This document shows positions 26,948 through 36,828 of a stretch of DNA of 64,000 bases, one piece after another. The stretch comes from Pseudomonadota bacterium (GTDB lineage Bacteria; Chloroflexota; Ktedonobacteria; Ktedonobacterales; JADMIN01), in NCBI GenBank assembly GCA_021324535.1, contig JAJPIU010000240.1, positions 6,745-70,744 of the forward strand, given 5' to 3'. The first letter of the stretch is position 1. Each line of letters opens with the position of its first letter. Both the position numbers and the translations under genes were made by a program. The notes beneath the pieces are model-generated. The model was not told the DNA's origin. It was given only the letters and a program-made list of their open reading frames with translations, and ran no database searches.

Positions 26948-27434
26948 TCTGAGAGGGAGTATCCTGCGATTCGGTTGCCATCTGCTGAACAGCCTCTTGA
27001 AGCTGTTGTTTGAGCGTGGGCAAATTGTTCGATGCTGTCCACATTTCGCTCAGGAGGATCAGGGGATCACGCTCACTCATAGAACTGCCTGCTTCTGGCG
27101 TACTACCCGCGAACGAATTATGTCGAGATCAAGCGATGGGCATGGCGCCGTAGCGATTCCTGAACTGGCCGTGTCTGTTTCCATTGCACATCTCCTTTCT
27201 GCGTACCTCATTATACACCGTCGCAGAGCCTCTTCGCTTCCTTATCCCTTCTGGTGAACACCGCTCAGTCGAAGCAAATGGGCTATACTGATCTGGCGCC
27301 CCACGCGACAGGGATGTGACACTGTGGTATGCTGTGCCGTAAGATCATCAAAGACCATTTTCTCATTGTTTTCTCACCACGCTTCTCAACACAGCCATGT
27401 ATGGAGTAATCATGTTCTGAGGAGGAAAGCCACT

Positions 27435-29414
27435 ATGCTCAGGAAGAAGAAACATCTTGAAAGCGCGGCCCAGCCGGGCGCAGACGCGCAGAGGTGGAAT
27501 TCGCTGCTTCCGCCGCATGTGGCGACGGGCGCTGGTCAAAAGGGGAACTACGATCCCCGCTATGACCCAGCGTATCGTATCTTCCCCGATCCTGCGGATA
27601 CTTCCTCTTCACGGCCCCGCAATCAGGCGCTGGCGCGCCATCGCCCAGAGCTTTCGCCGGAAGAAATGGCCGCGTTCGAGGCGGCTGTGAACGGCAAACT
27701 CGCGCAGCACAATCGCCGCCAGGTAAAACAACAGGCGCACGCGGCGCAGCGCGCGCGCCTGCGTCGTGGGATTGCGCGAACAATGGCTAGGCTGGCGCAT
27801 CTGCCGGAAGGGTGGCGGCTGCCACAACGCTATACCCGTCGGCAGGTCATGGTGGGCCTGGGGGTGACCGGCGCCGTCGCCGCAGGAATCGCTACGGGAG
27901 TGATCGCTGCGGACGCCAGCCTGCGCTCCGCGCTCACCTCGCGCCGCCCGTTTGCGTTCTCGCCTGATGTCAGTGGGCGCCCGCTGGCGCCGCCATTTAT
28001 TGACGATGACCAGCGCATCGCCCATTTACTCCGGCGCGTTGGCTTTGGATTGATCCCCGGCGAGCTGGAGACATATCGCAAGCAGGGGCTGGCGCAAACC
28101 ACCGAGCAGCTTATCAATTACGCCGCAATTCCTGAGGACATGACCGGGCTGGAGCAGGCTCTAGCCCTCAACCTCTCCGACGCTGCGCAGTTGGCTCCGT
28201 GGTTTCTGGCGCGCATGACCTATAGCAAACGCCCGCTCCAGGAGAAAATGACGCTCTTCTGGCATGGATTACTGACGGGCAGCTATCGCAAATTAGGCTA
28301 TAGCAATCAGATGCCACTGGTTATCCAGCAGAACGAAACGATCCGTAAATATGCGCTTGGGCGCTTCGACGACCTGATCTACGCGATGACTATTGATCCC
28401 ATCATGCTTTACTGGCTGGACGGTCACTCGTCTACAGGCGCTAACCCCAACGAGAACTACGCGCGGGAACTGATGGAACTCTTCACGATGGGCATTGGCA
28501 ACTATACCCAGAAGGATGTCCACTATGGCGCGCTGGCCCTGACCGGCTGGACGGTGATCGGTCTCAAATCGAGCTACATTGCGAAAAACCATTACGATGG
28601 GGTCGTCACCTTCCTGGGGCATACCGGCCATCTGGGCGTGAACGATGTCGTGCGGCTCGTCTGCGCGCATCCGGCGACAGGCAAACACCTGGCGTCGCAT
28701 CTGTGGGCGTTCTTTGTCTCCGATACGTTCACCGACGACGATCTCAAGCCGTTGGTTGACGCCTACTACCACAGTAACCACAGCATCGAAGCGGTCATGC
28801 GTGCGCTGCTGGCCTCGCCCGCTTTTTACGATCCCCATACCTACCGTGCGCGGGTCAAGAGTCCGGCGGAGTTCGTGGTGAGCGCGCTGCGAGGGATGGG
28901 CGTAGCGCCAGGGAAATCGGAACTGATCGCGATGGCGCGGGCAATGGATGGCATGGGGCAAAGCCTCTTTGATCCACCGAACGTGGCCGGATGGCCTGGC
29001 GACAAGACCAGCGGCGCATGGGTTTCCACCCAGGCATGGATGGCGCGCGCCAACTTCATCAACACGCTGGTCAACAACATTACCACGAGCGCCCCCAATC
29101 CATTTGGGACGGCCGCCGGATATGCGTCGCAGGGGGACGCGCACGACTCGTTCATCCAGCGTATCGTCACAGGGGCACGCATACGCTCCGGCTGGGATCT
29201 GGTTGACTACTTCAGCAAGGCGCTCATAGATGGCTATATCAGCATTGATCGGCGCGCGTTCCTGGCTTCCACACTCAAGGAAACTCCCAATACGCATAGC
29301 GACTCGCGTTTCACGCAGCCCCTCAGGCTGGCGGAAGGCCCCTATCTGGAAGCGCAGAGCGTGCGCGAGATGCTCTATCTGCTCTTGTTCTCACCTGACT
29401 TCCTGATGAACTGA
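27435..29414 (+). CDS. DUF1800 domain-containing protein
   Basis: AHLLRRVGFG, MTLFWHGLLT, NENYARELMELFTMG and DPPNVAGWPG motifs. I prefer the ATG at 27435 (GAGGAGGA upstream) over the track start at 27324. N-terminal disordered region, then an RR-hydrophobic segment. Confidence 0.85.
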   Translation: MLRKKKHLESAAQPGADAQRWNSLLPPHVATGAGQKGNYDPRYDPAYRIFPDPADTSSSRPRNQALARHRPELSPEEMAAFEAAVNGKLAQHNRRQVKQQAHAAQRARLRRGIARTMARLAHLPEGWRLPQRYTRRQVMVGLGVTGAVAAGIATGVIAADASLRSALTSRRPFAFSPDVSGRPLAPPFIDDDQRIAHLLRRVGFGLIPGELETYRKQGLAQTTEQLINYAAIPEDMTGLEQALALNLSDAAQLAPWFLARMTYSKRPLQEKMTLFWHGLLTGSYRKLGYSNQMPLVIQQNETIRKYALGRFDDLIYAMTIDPIMLYWLDGHSSTGANPNENYARELMELFTMGIGNYTQKDVHYGALALTGWTVIGLKSSYIAKNHYDGVVTFLGHTGHLGVNDVVRLVCAHPATGKHLASHLWAFFVSDTFTDDDLKPLVDAYYHSNHSIEAVMRALLASPAFYDPHTYRARVKSPAEFVVSALRGMGVAPGKSELIAMARAMDGMGQSLFDPPNVAGWPGDKTSGAWVSTQAWMARANFINTLVNNITTSAPNPFGTAAGYASQGDAHDSFIQRIVTGARIRSGWDLVDYFSKALIDGYISIDRRAFLASTLKETPNTHSDSRFTQPLRLAEGPYLEAQSVREMLYLLLFSPDFLMN

Positions 29415-29652
29415 GTGAGCCAATATATCCTGAGCATGTTTCCTGAGCATGCCCTAACGCGCTCCTCAGCGTGCGCTAAGGAAGAGAGGATACCATAGGG
29501 GGTGAAGCTCTTATCAGAGCGTATGCCTGAACAACATGATGGCCCGCATTTGCGCCCGACCACAGACACAGACCACATGCGCAATGCGCAGGAAAGGCAA
29601 AAAAGGCGAAGGCGGCTGCCAGCACAGGCGATAATGGAGGCGTATCAGGAAC

Positions 29653-31473
29653 ATGACAAACGCTCAACAACCACCATATCCTCCCATTCCACCTCGCCCT
29701 GGGAACGCGGGAAACCGAACGGCGCGTATGCCTGCGCCGCAAACGCCGACACCCCAACAAAGTTACCTGGCGGCGCAAAGCGGCCAGGCGACCGCGAACT
29801 ATGAGAACTATGATCCGTATTCGACAGACACGACCCAGGTGATACGCCGGGGCAGCGCGCTTCCTGCGCCGGAGACAGGCGAGCCAAAGCCGGGCATCTC
29901 GCGGCGGTCTGTGGTGATCGGAGCGGCGGCTGGCGCCGTGGCGGTGGGCGCGGCAGGCGCAGGGATTGGCTTCGCACTGCCCCAACTGCTCCACCATACC
30001 GCTCCATCCGCGCCGCTGAACCTTTCATCCAGCAACGAGTGGCAGATCAACCACCTGTTACGGCGAGCAGGGTTCGGCCCCTCGCCAAGCGACCTGAACA
30101 CCTATCTCAGCGCGGGCGTTTCCGGCTCGATTGACCGTTTGCTCAACTATGGGAACATTGACAACAGCGCGCTCGAACAGAAACTCAACGCGCTTGGCAA
30201 CAGCTTTGCGAAGGTTGCCGATTTGTTCACCTGGTTTCTGACACGCATGATCTACACGGCGCGCCCGTTTGAAGAGAAGATGACGCTCTTCTGGCATGGC
30301 GTGCTGACCAGCAGCGTCACGAAACTTGGCGGCAAGGGCCGCCTGGGTTGGATGATCAACCAAAACGAGTTGCTGCGTTCAAAGGCGCTGGGCCGCTTCG
30401 ATGATCTGATCCTGGCCATCAGCACGGATCCTGCGATGCTCTACTGGCTTGATGGCCATGCGTCTACCGGCAGAAACCCCAACGAGAACTATGCGCGGGA
30501 ACTGATGGAACTCTTCACGATGGGCATTAACACCTATACGCAGGACGACGTGCATAACGGCGCGCTGGCCCTGACCGGCTGGACGGTGCCCAGGGGACAG
30601 GATACCAGTGTCTTCATTCCTTCCCACCATTACGATGGAACCGTGACGTATCTGGGTGAGACGGGCCAGCTTGGGCTAAACGACGTTGTACGGTTGGTGT
30701 GTTCGCATCCCACAACGGGGGGTCATATCGCCTGGCGCATGTGGAACTTCTTCGTGTACGATGGGGTTTCAGCCAGTGATCCCGTCCTCAAGCCAATGAT
30801 TGATGCCTACTACAGCAGCAACCACAGCATTGCCGCGATGGTCAAGGCGATGTTCACTTCGCCTGAGTTCTTCAGCCAGAAGGCGTATCGTGCGCGGGTG
30901 AAGAGTCCGGCAGAGTATGTGGTAGGTGTCGTGCGGGCGCTGGGCATTCCCACACCGACGCTGGCGCTAGAGTACATGGCGCGCGCGATGGCCAGTATGG
31001 GGCAGATTCTCTTCGATCCGCCGAACGTGGCAGGCTGGGTAGGCGATGCTTATAGCAGCAATTGGGTCTCGACCCAGGCGTGGATTACGCGCGTCAACCT
31101 AAATAACCTGGTGGTGGGCTGGATGACAGGCGCGCCGCTCCGCGCCTATGTCGCGCAGAACAACGGCAAGACCGTCGGCAGTCAGCAAGTCTCTCAGGCG
31201 GCGGTCAGCGCCTCGCTGATCCAACAGACGATCAACGCACAGAACCTGCGTTCCGCGCAGGATGTCTTGAAGTATTTCACTACGCTACTGTTGGACAACC
31301 AGATCACCCCCGACCGCCAGGCGCAGTTGCTCAGCACACTGACGAACGGCGACGGAGGCGTAGTGGACGACGGCACAACGCTGGCGCTGGTGGGCGGGGG
31401 TACCCTGAAGACCGCGTATGTGCGCGAGGCGCTTTATTTGATGCTGTCACTTCCTGAATACCAGATGAATTGA
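29653..31473 (+). CDS. DUF1800 domain-containing protein (paralog)
   Basis: Same motif set as the preceding gene: NHLLRRAGFG, MTLFWHGVLT, NENYARELMELFTMG and DPPNVAGWVG. Confidence 0.85.
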   Translation: MTNAQQPPYPPIPPRPGNAGNRTARMPAPQTPTPQQSYLAAQSGQATANYENYDPYSTDTTQVIRRGSALPAPETGEPKPGISRRSVVIGAAAGAVAVGAAGAGIGFALPQLLHHTAPSAPLNLSSSNEWQINHLLRRAGFGPSPSDLNTYLSAGVSGSIDRLLNYGNIDNSALEQKLNALGNSFAKVADLFTWFLTRMIYTARPFEEKMTLFWHGVLTSSVTKLGGKGRLGWMINQNELLRSKALGRFDDLILAISTDPAMLYWLDGHASTGRNPNENYARELMELFTMGINTYTQDDVHNGALALTGWTVPRGQDTSVFIPSHHYDGTVTYLGETGQLGLNDVVRLVCSHPTTGGHIAWRMWNFFVYDGVSASDPVLKPMIDAYYSSNHSIAAMVKAMFTSPEFFSQKAYRARVKSPAEYVVGVVRALGIPTPTLALEYMARAMASMGQILFDPPNVAGWVGDAYSSNWVSTQAWITRVNLNNLVVGWMTGAPLRAYVAQNNGKTVGSQQVSQAAVSASLIQQTINAQNLRSAQDVLKYFTTLLLDNQITPDRQAQLLSTLTNGDGGVVDDGTTLALVGGGTLKTAYVREALYLMLSLPEYQMN

Positions 31474-31491
31474 GAAAGCTGGGGAAACACG

Positions 31492-32775
31492 ATGCCAATC
31501 CAACTGACACGGCGGGCGATGATCCGCGATGGCCTGCTCTCGGTGAGCGCGGGCATGATCATGCCGTCAATTTTCGCGCGCGCGGTGCAGGCGGCGCGCA
31601 ACGCCGCACACGATGGCTCAACCTGGGCGCAGCAGCAACAAAACACCATCCTGATTGTGGTGCAGATGGCGGGTGGCAACGACGGTCTGAATACCATCGT
31701 GCCCTACACCGACAGCGCCTACTATCAGGCGCGCCCCACGTTGGCGATTCCCCACAGCCAGCTCATCACTCTGAATGACCGCATCGGGATGGCGCCGTCG
31801 CTGAAGGCGCTGCAACCGCTGTGGACGGCGAAGAAGATGGCAATCGTCGAAGGAGTGGGCTACCCTAACCCCAACCTGTCGCACTTCGCCTCGATGGACA
31901 TCTGGCAGACGCTCGACCTGAACGGCCAGGGCGCATCGGGCTGGCTCGGCAAGTACGTCGCCGGACTGGTGGACAACCAGGGCCACCCCTTCCAGTCCCT
32001 TGCCGTCGGCCAGACGTTGCCGATGGCGTTGCAGGCGATCAATGCGCCAGTGCCGGTGGTGCAGTCGGCGCAAAGCTACCGGCTAGAAGGCGATCCCACC
32101 GCACCTATCTCTGCGGCGGAGGCGCGCATCCAGGCGCTCCTGAAGCTCTATAACACCTATCCGCAGTCGGCGCCCTACGCGGCCCTGCTCGACGCGACGG
32201 CGCAGAACGCGGTGAGCGGCTCGAAGCAGCTTGCGGTGGCCGCCTCAGCCTATAAACCCGGCGTCACGTATCCTGATACGGGGCTGGCGAAGGGCTTGCA
32301 GGTGTTGGCCGAGGCGATTGTGCAGAACCTGGGGCTACGCGTGGGCTATGTGACCCAGGGCGGCTACGATTCGCACGCCGATCAGGAACACTCACAGCCA
32401 ATGCTGCTGCAAGAGCTGGCTGAGGCAATCTCTGCGTTCTACAATGATCTGGTTGCGCACAACGCCTCGCACAACGTGGTGATCATGACGTGGTCGGAGT
32501 TTGGACGCCGGGTGGAAGAGAACGCCAGCGGCGGCACCGATCACGGCACGGCGGCTCCGCTGTTTGTCTTTGGCGATCAGGTGATGGGCGGTACGACGTA
32601 TGGCGAGCCAGCCGACCTGAACAATCTCGATCCGTATGGCAACCTGAAGTTCACCACGGATTTCCGTTCGGTCTACGCCACCGTGCTGGATCGCTGGCTC
32701 GGCGCCTCGTCGAAGGGCATCCTGGGCGGCTCCTTCACAGAAAGCACGACGGGCTTCCTGCCTGCGGGCGGGTGA
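31492..32775 (+). CDS. DUF1501 domain-containing protein (sulfatase-like fold) with a Tat-type signal
   Basis: TRRAMIRDGLLSVSAGMIMPSIFARA signal, QMAGGNDGLNT, GGYDSHADQ and SEFGRRVEENASGGTDHG motifs. Confidence 0.85.
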   Translation: MPIQLTRRAMIRDGLLSVSAGMIMPSIFARAVQAARNAAHDGSTWAQQQQNTILIVVQMAGGNDGLNTIVPYTDSAYYQARPTLAIPHSQLITLNDRIGMAPSLKALQPLWTAKKMAIVEGVGYPNPNLSHFASMDIWQTLDLNGQGASGWLGKYVAGLVDNQGHPFQSLAVGQTLPMALQAINAPVPVVQSAQSYRLEGDPTAPISAAEARIQALLKLYNTYPQSAPYAALLDATAQNAVSGSKQLAVAASAYKPGVTYPDTGLAKGLQVLAEAIVQNLGLRVGYVTQGGYDSHADQEHSQPMLLQELAEAISAFYNDLVAHNASHNVVIMTWSEFGRRVEENASGGTDHGTAAPLFVFGDQVMGGTTYGEPADLNNLDPYGNLKFTTDFRSVYATVLDRWLGASSKGILGGSFTESTTGFLPAGG

Positions 32776-32884
32776 TTGCCCCCTCCCCTGCCCCTCCCCC
32801 AGCGGAAGAGGGATCGCTGGCCGAACGGATCGCGGATGGCTGTGTGTTGGCGTTTGGTGAGGTCGGCGGGATAGGCGGCGGGCG

Positions 32885-32952
32885 GGCGGAGGGGGCGGGT
32901 GAAACCGCGCCTAAGGGCTACGCCACAAAGGCCGCCTAAAGAGCGGACGGCG
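32885..32952 (+). repeat. Copy of the dispersed intergenic repeat family
   Basis: GGGGGCGGGTGAAACCGCGCCTAAGGGCTACGCCACAAAGGCCGCCTAAAGAGCGGACGGCG. Confidence 0.6.
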
Positions 32953-33177
32953 CGGGCTGGAGATCGTTTGCCCTGTGTGATCCCGTTCGGCAAAGGCACG
33001 GTCACACAGATGGGTATCTGCGTGGCTGCTGGCCTCGATGCGCGCGTTGATGCGCGCGCTCGGATGGCGAGGCCATGACCAGGCCAACGACGCGGGGCCG
33101 CCCGGGACGGCGGCGCTACTCGGTTTGGCGCCTGCCGCATGGCGTGTTGGTTCGCTTGCCAGCAGCGATCACCTCGG

Positions 33178-33232
33178 CGCATCTGAGTCCGCGCAGGCGG
33201 ACTTTGTGGCGTAGCAGCCTCTGAGGGAGATT
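33178..33232 (-). repeat. Copy (hairpin half) of the dispersed intergenic repeat family
   Basis: GCATCTGAGTCCGCGCAGGCGGACTTTGTGGCGTAGC. A tandem duplicate of the next copy lies 73 bp away. Confidence 0.6.
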
Positions 33233-33250
33233 GACCTGTCCTCAGTAGAG

Positions 33251-33318
33251 GCATCTGAGTCCGCGCAGGCGGACTTCGTGGCGTAGCCCCTAGGCACGGT
33301 TTCAACCGCCCGCCGCGC
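33251..33318 (-). repeat. Full copy of the dispersed intergenic repeat family, with hairpin GTCCGC-GCAG-GCGGAC
   Basis: GCATCTGAGTCCGCGCAGGCGGACTTCGTGGCGTAGCCCCTAGGCACGGTTTCAACCGCCCGCC. Confidence 0.65.
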
Positions 33319-33440
33319 TCAGTGCCGACGCGACGCCCACTCCTCCCCCTCGCATACCCCCTTTGCCCATTCGCTCGTATCTGTTCATAATGATATAGTG
33401 AATTCAGAACGTTGACCGGAGCGTGCAAAGGGGCGAGACA

Positions 33441-34670
33441 GTGAGCGAACACGAGGGACAACACGAACGAAGCGCCGATGGGAAGAAACGCGGCTTTGCG
33501 ACACGGGCGATCCACGGGGCGCGCTATCGGAGCGCCGGAAAAGGATCGCCCATTGTGTTTCCGTTGTTCCAGACAGCTAGTTTCTCCTTTGAGAGCGCCG
33601 AAGAGCAGGCAGCCGTCGCGGCGGGCGCACAGGAGGGCTTCTCCTACAGCCGCTCCACCAACCCCACAACGAACGCCTTCCACGAGGTGATCGCCGATCT
33701 CGAAGGCGGCGAGGAGGCGGTGAGCTTTGCCTCCGGCATGGGCGCCATTCATGCCGCGATGACAGCTGTGGTGGGCGCTGGCGATCACATCCTCTGCACT
33801 GATAAAGTCTATGGCGGCACGGCCACGCTGTTGACGCGCACGTTGCCGCGTTTTGGCGTCACCCATAGCCTGGTGGATATGACAAACCTCGACGCCGTGC
33901 GCGCCGCCATTCGCCCGCAGACGAAGCTGCTCTGGGCTGAGACAATTGGCAATCCCCTCACCACCGTCCTCGATCTGAAGGCGCTGGCGCAGATCGCGCA
34001 CGAGCATGGCGCGCTGCTTGGCGTTGACAATACCTTCGCCAGCCCGTATCTGGCGCGTCCGCTTGAGGATGGCGCCGATCTGGTGGCCCACAGCGCGACG
34101 AAGTATATCGGTGGGCATGGCGACCTACTGGCGGGCGCGGTGATTGGCTCGCACGATCTGATTCATCGGGCAAAGGTGATCTGTGTGGATGTTGGTGGGT
34201 GCGCCGCGCCACTTGAAGCATGGCTGATGTTGCGTGGCCTGAAAACGCTCAACCTGCGGATGGAGCGCCACTGCGCCAATGCGCTGGGTCTGGCGCGCTT
34301 CCTGGTGGAACACCCTGGGGTGGAGCGGGTAAACTATCCAGGGCTGCCCAATCATCCGCAGCATACGCTGGCGACCGAGCGATTCGGCGTGATGGTGGGC
34401 TACGGTGGCGTGCTCAGCTTCGAGGTGAAGGGCGGCAAAGCGGCGGCCTTCCAGGTGATTGACCGCGTGAAGCTGGCGCTCCGCGCGGGCAGCCTGGGCG
34501 ACACCGATACGCTCATCTCGCATCCTGCGACGATCTCGCATCGCCTGCTGACGCCTGAGGCGCGCGCGGTCTCCGGCGTGACAGACAGCCTGATTCGTGT
34601 CTCGGTTGGCCTCGAAGATTTGCCCGATATTCTCGATGACTTCAGGCAGGCGTTGGCAGGGCTGGCATAG
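33441..34670 (+). CDS. Cys/Met-metabolism PLP-dependent enzyme (methionine gamma-lyase / cystathionine gamma-synthase / O-acylhomoserine sulfhydrylase family)
   Basis: [24 protein letters not shown] and [12 protein letters not shown] (PLP lysine) motifs. I prefer the GTG at 33441 over the track GTG at 33423. Confidence 0.85.
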   Translation: MSEHEGQHERSADGKKRGFATRAIHGARYRSAGKGSPIVFPLFQTASFSFESAEEQAAVAAGAQEGFSYSRSTNPTTNAFHEVIADLEGGEEAVSFASGMGAIHAAMTAVVGAGDHILCTDKVYGGTATLLTRTLPRFGVTHSLVDMTNLDAVRAAIRPQTKLLWAETIGNPLTTVLDLKALAQIAHEHGALLGVDNTFASPYLARPLEDGADLVAHSATKYIGGHGDLLAGAVIGSHDLIHRAKVICVDVGGCAAPLEAWLMLRGLKTLNLRMERHCANALGLARFLVEHPGVERVNYPGLPNHPQHTLATERFGVMVGYGGVLSFEVKGGKAAAFQVIDRVKLALRAGSLGDTDTLISHPATISHRLLTPEARAVSGVTDSLIRVSVGLEDLPDILDDFRQALAGLA

Positions 34671-34747
34671 AGTATGTAGAGCATGTAGAGTATTTGAGTA
34701 GATAGGCGCACGCATGTAGGGTGTTTAGATCAGGCGGGGAGAACGAG

Positions 34748-35563
34748 ATGGCGACGCTGATCGGGTTTGTGCATAGCCTGGGGATGATACCGCCGCTGGC
34801 GGTGTATGGCTTCGTGCTGCTGTGGCTGGCGGCGGAAAGCTGCGGTGTTCCTCTGCCCAATGAACTTGTCTTGCTGCTGACGGGATCGCTTGCGGCGGCG
34901 GGGCATATCTCGCCGTATATCCTCGTCGCGGTGGCCGTCGCGGGCAGCCTGATTGGCGCGAGCCTGGGCTACGCGATTGGCAAGATTGGCGGGCGAACCG
35001 CTGTGCTGCGTTGGGGGCGCTTCGTGCGGCTGGACACAGATCGCTTCGCCAGCGTTGAGCAATGGTTCGCCCGCTCCGGGACGGTGGCGATTTTCCTCTC
35101 GCGCATCACACCATTCGTCCGCACGGTCGCCTCGTTCCCCGCCGGAGTGCTACAGATGCCGTTGCGCAAGTTCTTCCTGGCAACCTTCGCCGGATCGCTG
35201 ATCTGGTGTGGCGTACTGGTGGGTGTGGGCGACGCGCTTGGTAACAACTACACCATCGCGCTCAGGCTGATCGAGCAGTACACCATTCCGGCGGTGATTG
35301 TGCTGGTGGCGCTGATCGTCGGCTACTTCTGGCTACACAATCGCCTCTCGCATGTGGGGCAGGCCAAAGCGTCCGTGCAACAGGGCAAGCCAACCACAGT
35401 GAAAAACCCTGCCCTGGCTCCCAATGTGGCTGGCGCCTCACGCCCTCTGCCTGCGCATAGCGCCCCTCTGAAAGCCGGTGGCGCGCCACGGGGTAGGCCC
35501 GCGCAGTCGCGAGACTTCAGGCGCAAACAACGAGCGGCAGGACAAACCAGGAGGAATGGCTAG
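34748..35563 (+). CDS. DedA family membrane protein with a basic C-terminal tail
   Basis: ESCGVPLPNELVLLLTG...RITPFVRTVASFPAG DedA/SNARE-associated motifs. ATG at 34748 (MATLIGF). Confidence 0.8.
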   Translation: MATLIGFVHSLGMIPPLAVYGFVLLWLAAESCGVPLPNELVLLLTGSLAAAGHISPYILVAVAVAGSLIGASLGYAIGKIGGRTAVLRWGRFVRLDTDRFASVEQWFARSGTVAIFLSRITPFVRTVASFPAGVLQMPLRKFFLATFAGSLIWCGVLVGVGDALGNNYTIALRLIEQYTIPAVIVLVALIVGYFWLHNRLSHVGQAKASVQQGKPTTVKNPALAPNVAGASRPLPAHSAPLKAGGAPRGRPAQSRDFRRKQRAAGQTRRNG

Positions 35564-35601
35564 CAGCCAGGCTAAATGCTGAGCTTGGCTTCTGGTGGCC
35601 C

Positions 35602-36795
35602 TTATCCCACCACAGCCGGGCGAGTGGAAAGCGCCCGCAACCGCTCCACGATCTCAGGCAGGCGCGCTATCACGAAGTCCACGTCTTCTTCTGTGCTGCT
35701 GTGGCCAAGCGTCAGCCGCAGATGCCCACGCGCTGCGCTTGCCGGAATGCCCATCGCCGTCAGCACGTGCGATGGCTCAACCGAGCCGGATGAGCATGCG
35801 CTCCCGCTTGATGCCGCCACGCCGATCAGATCGAGGTTGAGCAGCAGCGATTCGCCCTCCACACCGGCCAGTGTGAAGCTGGCGCTGCTGGCAAGCCGCC
35901 GCGTGGGATGCCCCGTCAGGCGCGTCTCGGGGATGCGCAGAACGCCCGCGATCAGCATGTCGCGCAAGGCAGTGAGCCGCGCGTTCTCGCTGGCGCGTTC
36001 GGCGTGGGCGCGCTCCAGGGCAAAAGCGGCGCCCACCACGCCCGGCACGTTTTCAGTTCCGGCGCGGCGGTTGCGCTCCTGCGAGCCGCCAAGCACCTGT
36101 GGCTGAATGCGTGTCCCCTGGCGCACATACAGAATGCCAACGCCTTTAGGGCCGTAAAACTTATGGGCGGAGAGCGTCAGCAGGTCAACGTTGAGCGCGC
36201 CAACATCCAGATCGAGCAGAGCGCCCGCCTGCACGGCGTCGGTATGGAAGGGAACGCGTTGCGCCCGACAGAGCGAGCCAATCTCCGCGATGGGCTGAAT
36301 CGTTCCCACCTCATTGTTGACGTACATGATGGTGACGAGCGCCACCTTGCCCGCATGTTCTGCCAACGCCTCGGCCACCACCGGCGGAGCGACCAGCCCA
36401 TCGCCATTCACCGGCAGAGAGGTGACGGTGAAGCCCTCCTGCGCCAGCCGCTCACAAGTATGCAGAATGGCGTGGTGTTCGATGGCGCTGGTGATGATAT
36501 GGGTGCGCTGGGGATCGCGTTTACGCTGGGCGTAGGCGACACCCTTGATCGCCAGGTTGTCTGCCTCGGAGCCGCCGCCAGTGAAGACGATTTCGGTAGG
36601 GCGACAATGCAAGACGCGGGCGACGGTCTCGTGCGCCTCATCCAGCGCGTCGAGGCTTTTGCGTCCCAGGGTATAGACGCTGCTGGCGTTGCCAAACCAC
36701 TGACTGAAGTACGGCAGCATCCGCTCGACCACCGCCGGATCGGTTGGGGTGGTGGCCGCGTGATCCATATAAATAACACCATCCGGGAGCGCCAT
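35602..36795 (-). CDS. Cysteine desulfurase (NifS/IscS class V aminotransferase)
   Basis: IYMDHAATTP, SAHKFYGPKGVG (PLP lysine) and SSGSACSSGS (catalytic Cys loop). Confidence 0.9.
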   Translation of the reverse strand: MALPDGVIYMDHAATTPTDPAVVERMLPYFSQWFGNASSVYTLGRKSLDALDEAHETVARVLHCRPTEIVFTGGGSEADNLAIKGVAYAQRKRDPQRTHIITSAIEHHAILHTCERLAQEGFTVTSLPVNGDGLVAPPVVAEALAEHAGKVALVTIMYVNNEVGTIQPIAEIGSLCRAQRVPFHTDAVQAGALLDLDVGALNVDLLTLSAHKFYGPKGVGILYVRQGTRIQPQVLGGSQERNRRAGTENVPGVVGAAFALERAHAERASENARLTALRDMLIAGVLRIPETRLTGHPTRRLASSASFTLAGVEGESLLLNLDLIGVAASSGSACSSGSVEPSHVLTAMGIPASAARGHLRLTLGHSSTEEDVDFVIARLPEIVERLRALSTRPAVVG

Positions 36796-36828
36796 GGTTA
36801 CCGCTACTTTCTTGATCTATCGCTCAGG

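Noticed and set aside
26907-27080. 57-codon minus-strand ORF upstream of tsaE
   Set aside because: It has a weak SD (GCAGG), a lower third-position GC than neighbouring genes and no recognisable motif. I kept it only as a remark within the tsa operon finding.
32885-33318. CRISPR array
   Set aside because: The repeats are in mixed orientation, irregularly spaced and imperfect, and no cas genes are present. This is not a CRISPR.
33320-33440. Possible SAM riboswitch or T-box leader upstream of the Cys/Met PLP enzyme
   Set aside because: I saw no SAM-I/SAM-II conserved core and no T-box specifier or T-box sequence. The region is dominated by the dispersed repeat instead.
32673-34118. 481-aa minus-strand ORF spanning the repeat-rich intergenic region and the 5' half of the PLP enzyme gene
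   Set aside because: It has extreme Arg/Ala/Gly/Pro composition and no recognisable domain. It overlaps a well-supported gene on the opposite strand and runs through repeat copies.
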